A DNA stretch of 64,000 nucleotides from positions 40,808 to 104,807 of the IMG/VR virus record IMGVR_UViG_3300050821_010761. One strand, given 5' to 3'. Source of the stretch: a virus (Duplodnaviria > Heunggongvirae > Uroviricota > Caudoviricetes). The notes beneath the pieces were generated by a model that had not been told where the DNA came from, did no database searches, and was given only the letters and a program-made list of their open reading frames with translations. The position numbers and the translations under genes were made by a program. Of this stretch, positions 9,672-19,833 are shown piece by piece (the stretch's first letter is position 1; every line of letters starts with the position of its first letter).

Positions 9672-10330
9672 GTTCTAGCCTTTACGGAAAAATATTCTGT
9701 ATTTTCCATTTGTTCTTTTAATTTCTGTGTAAAAATTTCCATCCAATTGTTCACTAGAGAATCGTTGTGGCAGTCGGCATGCTTTTTGGCTTCCTTGCAC
9801 ATATCATACAATAATGAGTCATTTACTGCAATGCCAAATTTTACATTGACGATATTCTTTTTCTTCTTTACTTGTGGCTTTGGCTCTTCGATGCCTTTCC
9901 TTGCCCAGTTAGCCAAGCGATCACAGCGATTGTTATGCTCGTCTCCTGAATGTCCTCGTACCCATCTGGTTTGAGCGTTTAAGCGATGCATAAGGAATTG
10001 AAGTTGCTTGTATTTTTGTACTTTTTTCTGCTGTTTAAACCGCTGCGTGCCATTAGCCCAGCGAAGAATTATTTGGCTATCTGAGACCAAGGTGATTTCT
10101 GGCAGAGTTTGATCAGAGTATGAAATTCTAGGTGGATCAGTACCAATTTCTTTCAAGACCGCCGCCAGTCCCATTATCGCGCTTTCCAGTTCAGCATCGT
10201 TGTTGGTAGCATTTTCCATTCGCCCAGAGCCTTCTGAGTGCTTTACGCCATCGATTACCAGCACCCAGGCCCAACCTCCAGGCTTTGTTGCTATGGTCGC
10301 TGAGCCATCTGTGTAGACCTCGATTTTCAT
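9668..10330 (-). CDS. rnhA: ribonuclease HI
   Basis: VYTDGSA, TNNDAELESA, VSDSQ, WVRGHSGDEHNNRCDRLA. Confidence 0.93.
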   Translation of the reverse strand: MKIEVYTDGSATIATKPGGWAWVLVIDGVKHSEGSGRMENATNNDAELESAIMGLAAVLKEIGTDPPRISYSDQTLPEITLVSDSQIILRWANGTQRFKQQKKVQKYKQLQFLMHRLNAQTRWVRGHSGDEHNNRCDRLANWARKGIEEPKPQVKKKKNIVNVKFGIAVNDSLLYDMCKEAKKHADCHNDSLVNNWMEIFTQKLKEQMENTEYFSVKART

Positions 10331-10560
10331 TCAGGATCACACATGTCGTCTCTAAGCATTTGGACGGCTTCTTGGTAAATTTTTTCAACTTCTTCCTCAG
10401 TTACCATTAACAACCGAGCTATGATTGAATTTTCTACACCTTCGGAATTTTTTAACGTGAATTTGCTCAAGGAATTGCCGCACTTAGGGCAACGTATATA
10501 GTCTTCTTCTGTAGCAATCCTATGCTGGATCTCCGTCTTGTCGATCATCCTTTCTCCCAA
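10327..10560 (-). CDS. small protein with CxxC and a sigma region-4.2-like HTH
   Basis: RCPKCG then IIARLLMVTEEEVEKIYQEAVQMLR, similar to sigma70 4.2 EVGKQFDVTRERIRQIEAKALRKLR. Confidence 0.55.
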   Translation of the reverse strand: MGERMIDKTEIQHRIATEEDYIRCPKCGNSLSKFTLKNSEGVENSIIARLLMVTEEEVEKIYQEAVQMLRDDMCDPE

Positions 10561-10924
10561 AATCTACTTCTATCACTTTTGGAGTTTGTTCCTCCATAGC
10601 TAGCAAATATTGTTCCCTACGTTCTGCCAAAAATTTCCTTGCCTGTTCTACGGAATGGCCAAGGTTGTTCTTGTTGATTCTTAGCATGGTTAGTTTGTTG
10701 TAAATTTTATCCAAGTCTTCCTTGGCTTTTCTGTATTCTAGCGCAACAGTGATTATCTGTCTACTTTTTAATATGGAAATGTTCTCTTGGAGACTTTTTT
10801 TGAGGTGAAGTAGCAACGCTACCTCATTGTCGATATTATACAAATGTGCCTGTAGGGCGTCCAATCGATCATTGGCGTCTTTAAATTCTCTCTCAGCTGC
10901 GTAAATATCTATAGGCTTGTTCAT
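10520..10924 (-). CDS. hypothetical coiled-coil protein
   Basis: 134-aa helical ORF. Confidence 0.65.
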   Translation of the reverse strand: MNKPIDIYAAEREFKDANDRLDALQAHLYNIDNEVALLLHLKKSLQENISILKSRQIITVALEYRKAKEDLDKIYNKLTMLRINKNNLGHSVEQARKFLAERREQYLLAMEEQTPKVIEVDFGRKDDRQDGDPA

Positions 10925-10927
10925 TCA

Positions 10928-12571
10928 TTATCGTTTGATCCGCCACTTTCCATTAATAGAATTAATGAGTTGGCGCTGCCCGTTTGCGTAAACTAAACAA
11001 CTGCAATGAACCCACGAGGACGGGCCGTGATTGTATCCCAAATCGAATAAACTAGAGGTGCCTACTTGAAATACGCCCCGAAGAATTCCAGGAGTATGGC
11101 TATGACCAATTACGCACTTACCGTAAGCATTTTCTAGATTGGATTTACTTCCCCTAGCCCCATTGCTTCCTTTGTCGCCATGAGCCCCTAATTCGATGCC
11201 AGCGACCTTGTAGTCTTCATCACGATCTAAAAATTGAATTTTATTCCAATGTTTAATCTTACCGCACTCTTTTAGCCCCTCTTTTAATGCATCTAGCCCA
11301 TCTACTGACTTGTCAGCCAGTTTGCAACCTATCTGGAAATTTAAGGGATCGTACTTGAATTTGCCATTATCGAGCCAGCGGGACAAGAAGTCATCATGAT
11401 TGGATTTTACTACGATACCCTTTTTGACGCTTTTATGCGACAAAATGCGATCAAGCTGCTCGCCAGTAACTCTTAACTCATCGGAAAGACTGAGCAAACC
11501 ATTTTTTGAGTGTCTAGCCCTAAGGACGATGTTATGCTCTTCATGATGATTGATTGACTTACCATTGAAGAGATCGTGAAAAAAGACCTCATCTACGCCC
11601 ATAGCCTCGATGATTTCTTCCCATGCACCAATGGCACTCTCGTCATGTTCGCCAGCATGGTAATCGCCCATTACAAGTCGGGGAGTAACCTTCCGTGGTT
11701 TGTTGTCTCCTATGTAATAATTTCCGTGGTGACAAACTCCGCCTTCTAAATCTGCTTGAACTTGTGTAAAATGGTAAATTTTATCATCTTCAATTTCAAC
11801 GACCAAAGCGCCCATGACATGGTCATGTTCTGCTATATAAGCAGTGCGTAAGGAATTACCTTGTGTTGAGTTATAGTTAGCTACCGTACATGCGCCAGTA
11901 GACATCCTTGCATGAGGATACTTAACGTTGGATACAGGATCATATTCTAAACTTTGCTTAGGAGAAGCAAAGATAAAGCTACCTTTACCTTGGCAAATTC
12001 TACCAAGACCAGTCGTTGGGTTGATCTGTTTTGCGTTGATCCTTAAAGAACTCAAACGAATATTCGAGTTTAGAATTAAGGAATCAAACACAAACGTGTA
12101 GTTCTTAAGAAGTTCATCAAAATGCCATTCAATATCATTATCCAAGTTATGTGCTGGATCATGAGACGGTAGCAGAAGGATCTTAGCTTTCAATTGTTTG
12201 GAAAGGAAATCCAAGGTTTCCATGAACTTAGGGTGAGCCCACTGTCCGTTGACGGCAGTAGTGATAATGAATGTTTTGTGATTCTTTATTTCTTTTGCTA
12301 GTTTAGTTTTGGCTTTTTGTGAAGTGAAATCATTCTCTTCAATAACGCCCTGGAAAGCTTCAGGAAACATCATTTTGGCTGCCAAACGTAAGCCAGTAAT
12401 ATTCACGAAATGATGCCTGATCTTATCTCGTGTAATACCTACCAAAGCCAAATCGGATCTAGTCGGAAACATATTCTTTTGTTGAACAATTTGCACATAT
12501 GCTTCGGCTATCTCACGTTTTAGGGTAGACTCGTCCTTTTCTACCCTTTTAGGCTTCCGTTTGTTACTCAT
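10928..12571 (-). CDS. calcineurin-like metallophosphoesterase with N-terminal extension
   Basis: GDYH, HDLFNG, SNHD, HGD, GHSH motifs in order. Confidence 0.8.
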   Translation of the reverse strand: MSNKRKPKRVEKDESTLKREIAEAYVQIVQQKNMFPTRSDLALVGITRDKIRHHFVNITGLRLAAKMMFPEAFQGVIEENDFTSQKAKTKLAKEIKNHKTFIITTAVNGQWAHPKFMETLDFLSKQLKAKILLLPSHDPAHNLDNDIEWHFDELLKNYTFVFDSLILNSNIRLSSLRINAKQINPTTGLGRICQGKGSFIFASPKQSLEYDPVSNVKYPHARMSTGACTVANYNSTQGNSLRTAYIAEHDHVMGALVVEIEDDKIYHFTQVQADLEGGVCHHGNYYIGDNKPRKVTPRLVMGDYHAGEHDESAIGAWEEIIEAMGVDEVFFHDLFNGKSINHHEEHNIVLRARHSKNGLLSLSDELRVTGEQLDRILSHKSVKKGIVVKSNHDDFLSRWLDNGKFKYDPLNFQIGCKLADKSVDGLDALKEGLKECGKIKHWNKIQFLDRDEDYKVAGIELGAHGDKGSNGARGSKSNLENAYGKCVIGHSHTPGILRGVFQVGTSSLFDLGYNHGPSSWVHCSCLVYANGQRQLINSINGKWRIKR

Positions 12572-12588
12572 ATTGTTTCCCGTAGTTA

Positions 12589-13239
12589 TTACGATCCAGA
12601 ACTTTCGCTTGATTGCGGAGCGGAGTCGTTACTTGCATCACTAGAAGATTGCTCGGCTGCTTCTGCGGAAGCTTCCGTATCTTCAGGAGCCGAAGCCTCT
12701 GCTTGCGGTGCGGGAGCGGCTTCTTCGGCAGCGGGAACTTGCGGGGCAACTACTGAATATACTTCTTGAATTTCAAATTTGAGTTTGCCTTCTTGAAAGG
12801 AAACCGCATCACCAGTTTTCGCTCCGAGAATCTTTGCGCGAAGATTTTCCTGCAAAGAACGCACGATGAATTGCAGTCGTGGATTCAATACTTTACCTTC
12901 ATCATCCACTTCTCGACCGACCACGAAATTAGTTTCATTAATTGGCTCTTCAGAAAGTGCTAACATACCAGAAGAGATAAGCTGAGAAACCTTATTGCGC
13001 AATTCTACGACGTTATTATCGACCATGATCCGAGAGAGTACTTCGTCATTAAGGTCTTCTCCTGCCATTGTAGCCTTTACAATAGCGTCTACTTTTCCAC
13101 CCAAGAGCTTAATAGCTTCTTTGATGGTCATGATATCGCGAGCCAAGTTGTCTCCAGCTTGGTACATGCCCATGAGCCCACGCTCAAGGTCATCGATTCT
13201 TTGTACTGCGGTCCGTTTCGGGGGTTGCTGTTGTTCCAT
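12589..13239 (-). CDS. hypothetical protein, GreA-C/FKBP-like segment and acidic tail
   Basis: AKILGAKTGDAVSF...FEIQEVY resembles GreA C-terminal LIGKxxGDxV...EILEV; Ala/Glu-rich tail. Confidence 0.6.
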   Translation of the reverse strand: MEQQQPPKRTAVQRIDDLERGLMGMYQAGDNLARDIMTIKEAIKLLGGKVDAIVKATMAGEDLNDEVLSRIMVDNNVVELRNKVSQLISSGMLALSEEPINETNFVVGREVDDEGKVLNPRLQFIVRSLQENLRAKILGAKTGDAVSFQEGKLKFEIQEVYSVVAPQVPAAEEAAPAPQAEASAPEDTEASAEAAEQSSSDASNDSAPQSSESSGS

Positions 13240-13251
13240 TTTTTCTCCTAT

Positions 13252-13509
13252 TTAGTAACGTTTTCCGTTAACGATTATAAATGAATACGGTATCTTGACT
13301 TTTACTTTCACTACTTTGCGCGGAAATAAATATCCCTTCTTAGCAGGCTTTGTGATTACCCTTCGTCCGCCGTCCCCTGTAAAGCCAAATAGAAGGATTT
13401 CTATCTCTCGGGTGCGAGTGTTGTATTTTGTGACGTCTTTGATTTCAACTCCTGGATGAGCGTACACTTTTACTTTCTTTCCAATGGTATTTTTTACATT
13501 GAAAATCAT
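13252..13509 (-). CDS. hypothetical protein
   Basis: 85-aa basic ORF. Confidence 0.6.
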   Translation of the reverse strand: MIFNVKNTIGKKVKVYAHPGVEIKDVTKYNTRTREIEILLFGFTGDGGRRVITKPAKKGYLFPRKVVKVKVKIPYSFIIVNGKRY

Positions 13510-13514
13510 ACTTC

Positions 13515-14480
13515 CTACTTATTTTTCTTATCAAGAAGATTCATAATCATTTGCATTTGGGGATTTGCCGCCGCTTGGTTAGCCCTAGAAGCGTACATTG
13601 CGTCAATATGTTCTTGTGATGGCATCGGTGCTGCCTGACGCGAAGGCACCGTTTTATTAAGTCTAGCTGCTGATTGGCGATTTCTTTCAGCCATCTGTTC
13701 AGGTGTCAATCGAGCCATTTCATCTGGTGTCAAATATTTCTGATTGGGATCAAAAACTTGATTGATCTCTTCCAGGGTGACACCTTCTTCATCTAAAATT
13801 CTTTGTATTGCTTCGCTTGTTTTGGCTCTTTTTACTGGTGTTGCCGCTTTAGTTGGCAGCGGCTTTGCTTCCTGTTTCTTAGGTGCGGGACGAGTTTGAT
13901 TACTACGAACGGAAATAGGATTCAGAGTATTCTTTTTTGGTGGAGCAGAAGGACCGACGAATGGTTCAGCGTCGGCGCTAGCACCTTTAGTTGCAGCCAA
14001 AGCTAAAGACTTGAGGACTTCCACTTCCAAAGCATTAAAAGGGAATGATTCCATGGGGAAAGAAGATTCTTTCGGAATCTCCTGTCTCATACCAAGCATG
14101 ATTTCCATTCGTTCCTTGGCAAATTGGCGGATCTCTTTCTCCACATTTTTGATGGCCCTTGGATCACAATCTGAATCGCCAAATAAATCGTTGTTCATGA
14201 CTAATGAGTAGAGATTGCCTTGTTCTAGCCTAAGCCTTGCATCGCTAAGAACATCCGTATAATCTTCGACTTCTTCCGTTTCCTCTTCATACTCCTGTTC
14301 TGGAGCAGAAGGAAGATCTACGGTTTTCTCGGAAGGGAAAACCCTTCGTGTAGGAATTGCATTGGCTGCCTGCATCTCAGTGAGAGCGGCATTTTGACCT
14401 GGCGCTACATTGGTTTCATTGACTTCATCGGGGATATCTCTGAAATCCGTTGAATCGTCATCATCCATGTAATTACTCAT
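13515..14480 (-). CDS. hypothetical protein
   Basis: 321-aa ORF, acidic N-terminus and Pro/Lys linker. Confidence 0.75.
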   Translation of the reverse strand: MSNYMDDDDSTDFRDIPDEVNETNVAPGQNAALTEMQAANAIPTRRVFPSEKTVDLPSAPEQEYEEETEEVEDYTDVLSDARLRLEQGNLYSLVMNNDLFGDSDCDPRAIKNVEKEIRQFAKERMEIMLGMRQEIPKESSFPMESFPFNALEVEVLKSLALAATKGASADAEPFVGPSAPPKKNTLNPISVRSNQTRPAPKKQEAKPLPTKAATPVKRAKTSEAIQRILDEEGVTLEEINQVFDPNQKYLTPDEMARLTPEQMAERNRQSAARLNKTVPSRQAAPMPSQEHIDAMYASRANQAAANPQMQMIMNLLDKKNK

Positions 14481-15100
14481 ATTAATCCTGTATTTATCCT
14501 ACGAAGGCAGTAACAGTAACCCAATAATAGGGATTCCGCTGCATCTTCATCTTTTTTCCTCAGTGGAGTTTTTAGAAATTTTCCAAAAAGCTCATTTGCT
14601 CTGCGGATTGAAACGTGTTTCCTCGTCACTAGACCAATTCTCTTACCATCGTCGCCGTATGCTACAGATGTATCATGTTTCTTCTTGTATTCTCTGACCT
14701 TCTTGTTGCGTTTACTTTCGTCTTTGCTCATCAAGCAACCAGTCTCGCTTTTCCATTGACCAGACATGATGTACACAGCCTTTATCTTACTCTCTTTTAT
14801 AAAAGAAGCAAGAAGAAAGTGAATCCATTCCAAGATTTTTTGACTATAAATCGATTTACTATTCGATGCAGTTTCTTCGATCACCAAGGTGTCTGGATTA
14901 AATTTCTTTATGAGTGAAAGAATTGCATCAAAGCATTGCTGTGCCCAGTCCAGAAAGGCTTCAGGATAAGTGCCCAAAACTTGCGGAATCTGCGAGTTTT
15001 GTCCAAATTCATGAAGAATGACTTCTTGGCCGTCCAAGGTCATGTAGGCCCATCCCGTTTTTGTTGACATATCCAATGCAAGAATGCGTTCAGCGGCCAA
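14477..15100 (-). CDS. RuvC-like Holliday junction resolvase
   Basis: ILALDMSTKTGWA, LVIEET, DEDAAESLLLG. Confidence 0.85.
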   Translation of the reverse strand: MAAERILALDMSTKTGWAYMTLDGQEVILHEFGQNSQIPQVLGTYPEAFLDWAQQCFDAILSLIKKFNPDTLVIEETASNSKSIYSQKILEWIHFLLASFIKESKIKAVYIMSGQWKSETGCLMSKDESKRNKKVREYKKKHDTSVAYGDDGKRIGLVTRKHVSIRRANELFGKFLKTPLRKKDEDAAESLLLGYCYCLRRINTGLI

Positions 15101-15407
15101 GTTTTAGTTCTCCAGATGGACCAGGCAATATGAACGAAGAACTTTGTAATTTTTGCTGCTCCTTGTATTTTTCTACTTCGATTTGTCCCCGTAGGCCAGC
15201 ATAAAGCTCAATCATAGCTATTTCATCTAACTCGTATGCGATCCAGCTGGCGTTTCCTATCGAAAACGTAAAATGGCTAACATCATTTGTAATTTTCAGT
15301 GGCGTTTCTGCTGTAGCAAGCTCAAAAATCCTACGGAGGGTTATAGAAAATACGCTGTCGCGTGAAACGCTAGTTACGTGTAGTGGTAAGGTCACATCGT
15401 GGCCCAC
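15090..15407 (-). CDS. hypothetical protein
   Basis: 105-aa ORF in operon. Confidence 0.6.
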   Translation of the reverse strand: MGHDVTLPLHVTSVSRDSVFSITLRRIFELATAETPLKITNDVSHFTFSIGNASWIAYELDEIAMIELYAGLRGQIEVEKYKEQQKLQSSSFILPGPSGELKLGR

Positions 15408-15409
15408 GG

Positions 15410-15700
15410 TTATTGCCCACCTTTTTCTTCAATCAAATTCAACAGATAGCGAGTCTTCGTTGCTACTGCTTTTTTCACTTCACGATACGGAGCGCCCAAC
15501 TCTTTTACTTCTGCCCTAGCAGCTGCTAAAGCTTCGTCGTTTTCTTGGCATTCTTCCGACTTTGAAAGCTCACGTGCATAATTGGCGATGCGATTTTTTA
15601 GCGCCTGTACGTCCAGACCAGCCACTTCATTGGCGAATTCTGGCATTTCTTTTTGTACTTTACCTGCGAATGTCAACGGTTCTTTTTTAGGTCTTCCCAT
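15410..15700 (-). CDS. hypothetical coiled-coil protein
   Basis: 96 aa, GGAG RBS, helical. Confidence 0.7.
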   Translation of the reverse strand: MGRPKKEPLTFAGKVQKEMPEFANEVAGLDVQALKNRIANYARELSKSEECQENDEALAAARAEVKELGAPYREVKKAVATKTRYLLNLIEEKGGQ

Positions 15701-15711
15701 TTTATTCTCCT

Positions 15712-16020
15712 TTAAACTTCATACGATAGATGAAAATCTGATGCCGCAACGTCTCTATTTCTGAAAAAAACTGCAATGTTGTCGCCATCGTCCAGGGGGA
15801 TCTGGAAAGGATAAATTACGTTTTCGGCTGATTTTCCATATAGTGTCGTAAGTACTTTGCCATTTTTCATAACGATATAGGTACCATGAGCGACGGAAGA
15901 AAAAACCATTTTTGTAATCATTCCACCCTCTTTAAATTTCAAGACGGTATTCTTAGTGTAGCCTGCTTTTACATTTCTATGTGTAACATTTTTAATTGCC
16001 ATTTTATCTCCTGTAGTCAA
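15712..16020 (-). CDS. hypothetical beta-rich protein
   Basis: ORF track; probable real start at MAIKN after a GGAG RBS. Confidence 0.6.
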   Translation of the reverse strand: MTTGDKMAIKNVTHRNVKAGYTKNTVLKFKEGGMITKMVFSSVAHGTYIVMKNGKVLTTLYGKSAENVIYPFQIPLDDGDNIAVFFRNRDVAASDFHLSYEV

Positions 16021-16354
16021 ATTTGACTAATTTTTTAAGCAATCTATTTTTATTCAAATAACCAATCAAGGCATCCATCATCAATATGTAGTTAAATTCT
16101 ACGCCACTGACTTCTTTGTTCGATATATTAAGCGGCATCTTTGTGGTTGCAAATACAGTCTTTGCCACACTTAACATTCCCGTAAACTCATGATAAGTAA
16201 TCATGTGATCAATTCTATCAGTGCCGAAATGCTTATTGATAATAGCCATCAAGTAGGGCAAACGGTCTGATTTTCTTATGTTGTCTTCTATTTCCAGGAA
16301 CGCTCTCAACTCTTGTTCGATCTGTGCTGGATCAGACATTTGCATCCTTTTCAA
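16004..16354 (-). CDS. hypothetical protein
   Basis: ORF track; probable start MSDPAQ at 16339. Confidence 0.65.
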   Translation of the reverse strand: MKRMQMSDPAQIEQELRAFLEIEDNIRKSDRLPYLMAIINKHFGTDRIDHMITYHEFTGMLSVAKTVFATTKMPLNISNKEVSGVEFNYILMMDALIGYLNKNRLLKKLVKFDYRR

Positions 16355-18395
16355 TTCTGCTTGTTAGTCCTTCTCTGACTACTACTAGTCTGTTCTGGAC
16401 CATTTGTTTAACTTCTGAATTATGATCTACAATGACGATCTTCTTGTTCGTATTGGAATTCTTTAAGACTTCCAACGAAGGTTCAATTTCTACTGGACCG
16501 AGGCCCGTGAAGGGTTCATCCAAAATAAAGATGTTTATGCCCTTATTAGACTTTGTCTCGATAAAGTCTATCACAGCAAGATCTACCGCTATATCGACTG
16601 CAGATCTTTCCCCGCCAGAAAGACTTCTGATGGGAATCTTTTCTTCTCCATCCATTCCAATGACAGCATTTACTTCTTCCTTTACGTTACCATCTTTGGT
16701 TTCTCTCGTACCATCGAATTGTATAGTAGCATTACTCATGTTAGGAATGCAACGAATAATTTCAGTGGAACGTTGACTGATCGCCTCTAAAGCATCTTCA
16801 AAAGAATAGGAAAGAAAAGTTTTCACAGCTTTGCAGGCTTCCTCTGCTAAAGCAATGTCCGCATCTATTGCGGAAATTGAAGATTTTATCTCCGCAATCT
16901 TGTTTGTAAATTTTTCTTCCTTGCTCTTTAAATCGGCAAGATTTTTTTCATATGAAGCCAATAAATCAGCGGCTGATCTCATGGCAGAGACAGCGTTGTC
17001 GAAAAGTCTACGGGATAAGTCCAGTTGTCCCCTAGCTTGATTAGCCTCGGCAGTCTGGAATTCTAATAAGGCTTTCTGCTTATGTGCAAATTTTTCACTT
17101 TCGATTTTATTGGCAGCATTTTGTTTGGCAATCCACGCATCTTCTTTTTGTTTCTCTTCTAGATGCTTTGTATGAGTTTCCCTAAGAGCTTCATTGATAT
17201 CAGGCAATCTAGGATCTATCTTTGGTTTCAGGTTTTCTTTGTTGATCTCTACGTTCTTGTCGAGCACAAGGCGATCCTGTAAAGCTTGAGTGCCCCTATC
17301 CATAATTTTCTTTAATTCTAACAACTTAGCGACTCTATTCGATATCTGATTGGTAGCAACTTCAGTTGCCCACGTTTGTTCGCATGTGGGACAAATCGAT
17401 GCCTTGAGTTTCTTTATTTCTTCTGCCAGTTTGATCGATTCTTCATGGGCCTTCTTCTGTGCGGCTTGTAGGACGTTGTTTTCTTTGATTGCCATGTCAT
17501 TAATGGACGTGCATTCTCTGACCTTAGCTTGACGATCTTTTTCTTCTTGAAGGATGACGCTAATTTTGCTATTAAGCTCATCGATAGTTTTTTTGTGAAA
17601 TTCTAATAAAGAACGATCAAATGGAACAACTGATAATTCTGGGCGTTCTCTCTCAAGTTGACTTATATTCAAATTATGGACCGCGAGCACACTTTTTAGT
17701 TCGTTTTCAGCCTCTTCCATTTTCTTTTTGAGGCTGATCACCGTATCCTGGCTCATATTTTTATTTGGAACTGGACCAAGCGATTGGGCGGCTTCTTTGG
17801 TTGCGGTCAAGGCCGCTTCCTGACCAAATAATTCTGTTTCTTTTACGGTTCTTCGCTCTAGAAAATCTTTGATTTTTTTCTCTTCTTTTTCATAATCCTT
17901 ACGATATTTTACGAGATCCAAACAATCAATCAAAAACTCGTGCATCTTTTGCGGAGTGAACTCTAGGAAAAACCCACCCTCTTTTTGACGTTTATGTAAA
18001 AGTTTCCTGAATATCTTTCTTGGCATACCCAGGATTAAGTCGATCTGCTCTTCCGCTAAAGCATTGCTACCTTCGAAAACCTTATCGTTAATGGTGACTT
18101 TTAATTTCTTTCCTCTGGTAATGGATACTTTTTTGCCATCCCATGAGAAATCGCCGTGTAGACTCATGGGCTCATCGGAATATCTAGATTGTAAAATCGT
18201 TATAGGTAGATCGTTAAGACCAAGTAAAACGTCCAAGGCATTGAAAACCGTAGTCTTGGCAGCCCCACTAGATCCACCAGTATTCTTATTCAATCCATCA
18301 ATTTGAATGAAGTCGTCAAGAGAAGCAAAATTTATGGATTGCTCTTTGACGAATCTTCCTATACCGCCAAAACGCAATTCTAGAAGCTCTAGCAC
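16332..18395 (-). CDS. sbcC: SbcC/Rad50 (gp46-like) ATPase
   Basis: Walker A GGSSGAAKTT, coiled coil with zinc hook CPTCEQ, signature LSGGERS, Walker B ILDEPF, H-loop VDH. Confidence 0.92.
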   Translation of the reverse strand: MLELLELRFGGIGRFVKEQSINFASLDDFIQIDGLNKNTGGSSGAAKTTVFNALDVLLGLNDLPITILQSRYSDEPMSLHGDFSWDGKKVSITRGKKLKVTINDKVFEGSNALAEEQIDLILGMPRKIFRKLLHKRQKEGGFFLEFTPQKMHEFLIDCLDLVKYRKDYEKEEKKIKDFLERRTVKETELFGQEAALTATKEAAQSLGPVPNKNMSQDTVISLKKKMEEAENELKSVLAVHNLNISQLERERPELSVVPFDRSLLEFHKKTIDELNSKISVILQEEKDRQAKVRECTSINDMAIKENNVLQAAQKKAHEESIKLAEEIKKLKASICPTCEQTWATEVATNQISNRVAKLLELKKIMDRGTQALQDRLVLDKNVEINKENLKPKIDPRLPDINEALRETHTKHLEEKQKEDAWIAKQNAANKIESEKFAHKQKALLEFQTAEANQARGQLDLSRRLFDNAVSAMRSAADLLASYEKNLADLKSKEEKFTNKIAEIKSSISAIDADIALAEEACKAVKTFLSYSFEDALEAISQRSTEIIRCIPNMSNATIQFDGTRETKDGNVKEEVNAVIGMDGEEKIPIRSLSGGERSAVDIAVDLAVIDFIETKSNKGINIFILDEPFTGLGPVEIEPSLEVLKNSNTNKKIVIVDHNSEVKQMVQNRLVVVREGLTSRIEKDANV

Positions 18396-18644
18396 TTATT
18401 TTTCCCTGTAATTCTTTTTTGATCTTTCTTGATTGATCTCAACAATATCTGGGATAATTTCCACAGCGCGGGCCTGGAATCCATTATCTACAACTATCTT
18501 ACTAGAAGAAGTGGGAGAAGACAAGCACTTTTTCATTTCTTTTTGGCACTTGTCACAAACAATTACGGCAGGTATTTCATTTACCTGCCGATAATATTTT
18601 TTCTTAGAATTTTTACACTCACATAGGTACGAGATGAGTGGCAT
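18396..18644 (-). CDS. FmdB-family zinc-ribbon protein
   Basis: MPLISYLCEC...VCDKCQ. Confidence 0.7.
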   Translation of the reverse strand: MPLISYLCECKNSKKKYYRQVNEIPAVIVCDKCQKEMKKCLSSPTSSSKIVVDNGFQARAVEIIPDIVEINQERSKKNYREK

Positions 18645-18646
18645 AT

Positions 18647-19534
18647 TTACATCAACAAATTTCTTTGCATGATCTCACAAAGTTGTTTTACTTTATTCTT
18701 CTCATCAGAATCGCAAATATTTTGAAGTTTTTCCATGCTAGTAGCCTCTTTAGCTTCTTCTTTTTCTCCAAAAATGTTAACGACGTTGGACGGACGATTA
18801 TAGGGTAAATGTTTGGATTCATTCAAGATGAAGTTGCGCACGTATTCGTAAGGAACTGTCCAAGCATAACCTATGTCTCCGCTACCAGCAAAAACAACCC
18901 CAGACAACTCCATATCTTCATTGTACACAGCGCTACCGCTTGAACCAGGACTAATAGTTGCTGTTACGAGAACAGAATCATATTGTTTCAATACTGGCAA
19001 GCCACCAAGAAGTAGGCAATACAATCCTTTCTTTGAATCCGCCACATCGTCATCCGTGCATGGCTTGAAATCCACTAAAATGGTAATCGTCTGTCTGCCA
19101 GAGAAGTGACCGATTGTTTTTACGTTTGGATAAAGAGAAGGATGACCAGAGATAAGAGCGCCTTCATAATAGGGTACAGGAGCGCGATTTGCCAACTTTA
19201 CGCCACCATGTAAATTGCCAGCTACTCTGATCAAGCAAAGATCTGCTGTTTCGGATTTTTTGTACGAAACGACCATGAAACTTCCCGCTTGTCCACTGAC
19301 CAATCCGCCATACTTTTCCACTACTCCACAAACGTGTGAGTTGGTAAGGATCAATGATCCATTCTGGCTAGATTTCAGGATGATTCCTGTTCCACCATGA
19401 TTGCCAGCTATATTTGTAATTTTTACTGCGTTAGCGCTAGCGTCTTTATAGTCTGGCTGTTGTTGTCTCGTAGCGCACGCGGACAATACCAGAACCGCTA
19501 CGGCAAGTAGCGCTTTCTTAACAAGGGACATCAC
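18647..19534 (-). CDS. trypsin-like serine protease, predicted lipoprotein
   Basis: Lipobox LSAC; LTNSHVC (His), ADLCLI (Asp), PGSSGSAV (Ser). Confidence 0.88.
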   Translation of the reverse strand: MMSLVKKALLAVAVLVLSACATRQQQPDYKDASANAVKITNIAGNHGGTGIILKSSQNGSLILTNSHVCGVVEKYGGLVSGQAGSFMVVSYKKSETADLCLIRVAGNLHGGVKLANRAPVPYYEGALISGHPSLYPNVKTIGHFSGRQTITILVDFKPCTDDDVADSKKGLYCLLLGGLPVLKQYDSVLVTATISPGSSGSAVYNEDMELSGVVFAGSGDIGYAWTVPYEYVRNFILNESKHLPYNRPSNVVNIFGEKEEAKEATSMEKLQNICDSDEKNKVKQLCEIMQRNLLM

Positions 19535-19833
19535 ATGTACTCCTGGGTTTGTGTTTTATTATTTAATAAATTTAAGACACTTTTAGGTGCTTTTTTCAAT
19601 AATTTAATGTGGTATACGTAGCCCGTGGAATCCAAACAGTCCATCACAGTCTCCACTGGGGTCTTACCACTAACTAACAAGCTAGCCATGGAAACATAGA
19701 AAACCTTCCACTCGCCATCTTTGCCGATCTGATATAAAAGCTCAATCGTGAGATCCCTGGATGGCAAAGCAAGAAATGACACTTGAATGCTACGTCCAGT
19801 TAATCGATACCATAGTCTTTTTAGGAAATTCAT
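19531..19833 (-). CDS. hypothetical protein
   Basis: 100-aa ORF with ATGA overlaps. Confidence 0.6.
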   Translation of the reverse strand: MNFLKRLWYRLTGRSIQVSFLALPSRDLTIELLYQIGKDGEWKVFYVSMASLLVSGKTPVETVMDCLDSTGYVYHIKLLKKAPKSVLNLLNNKTQTQEYM

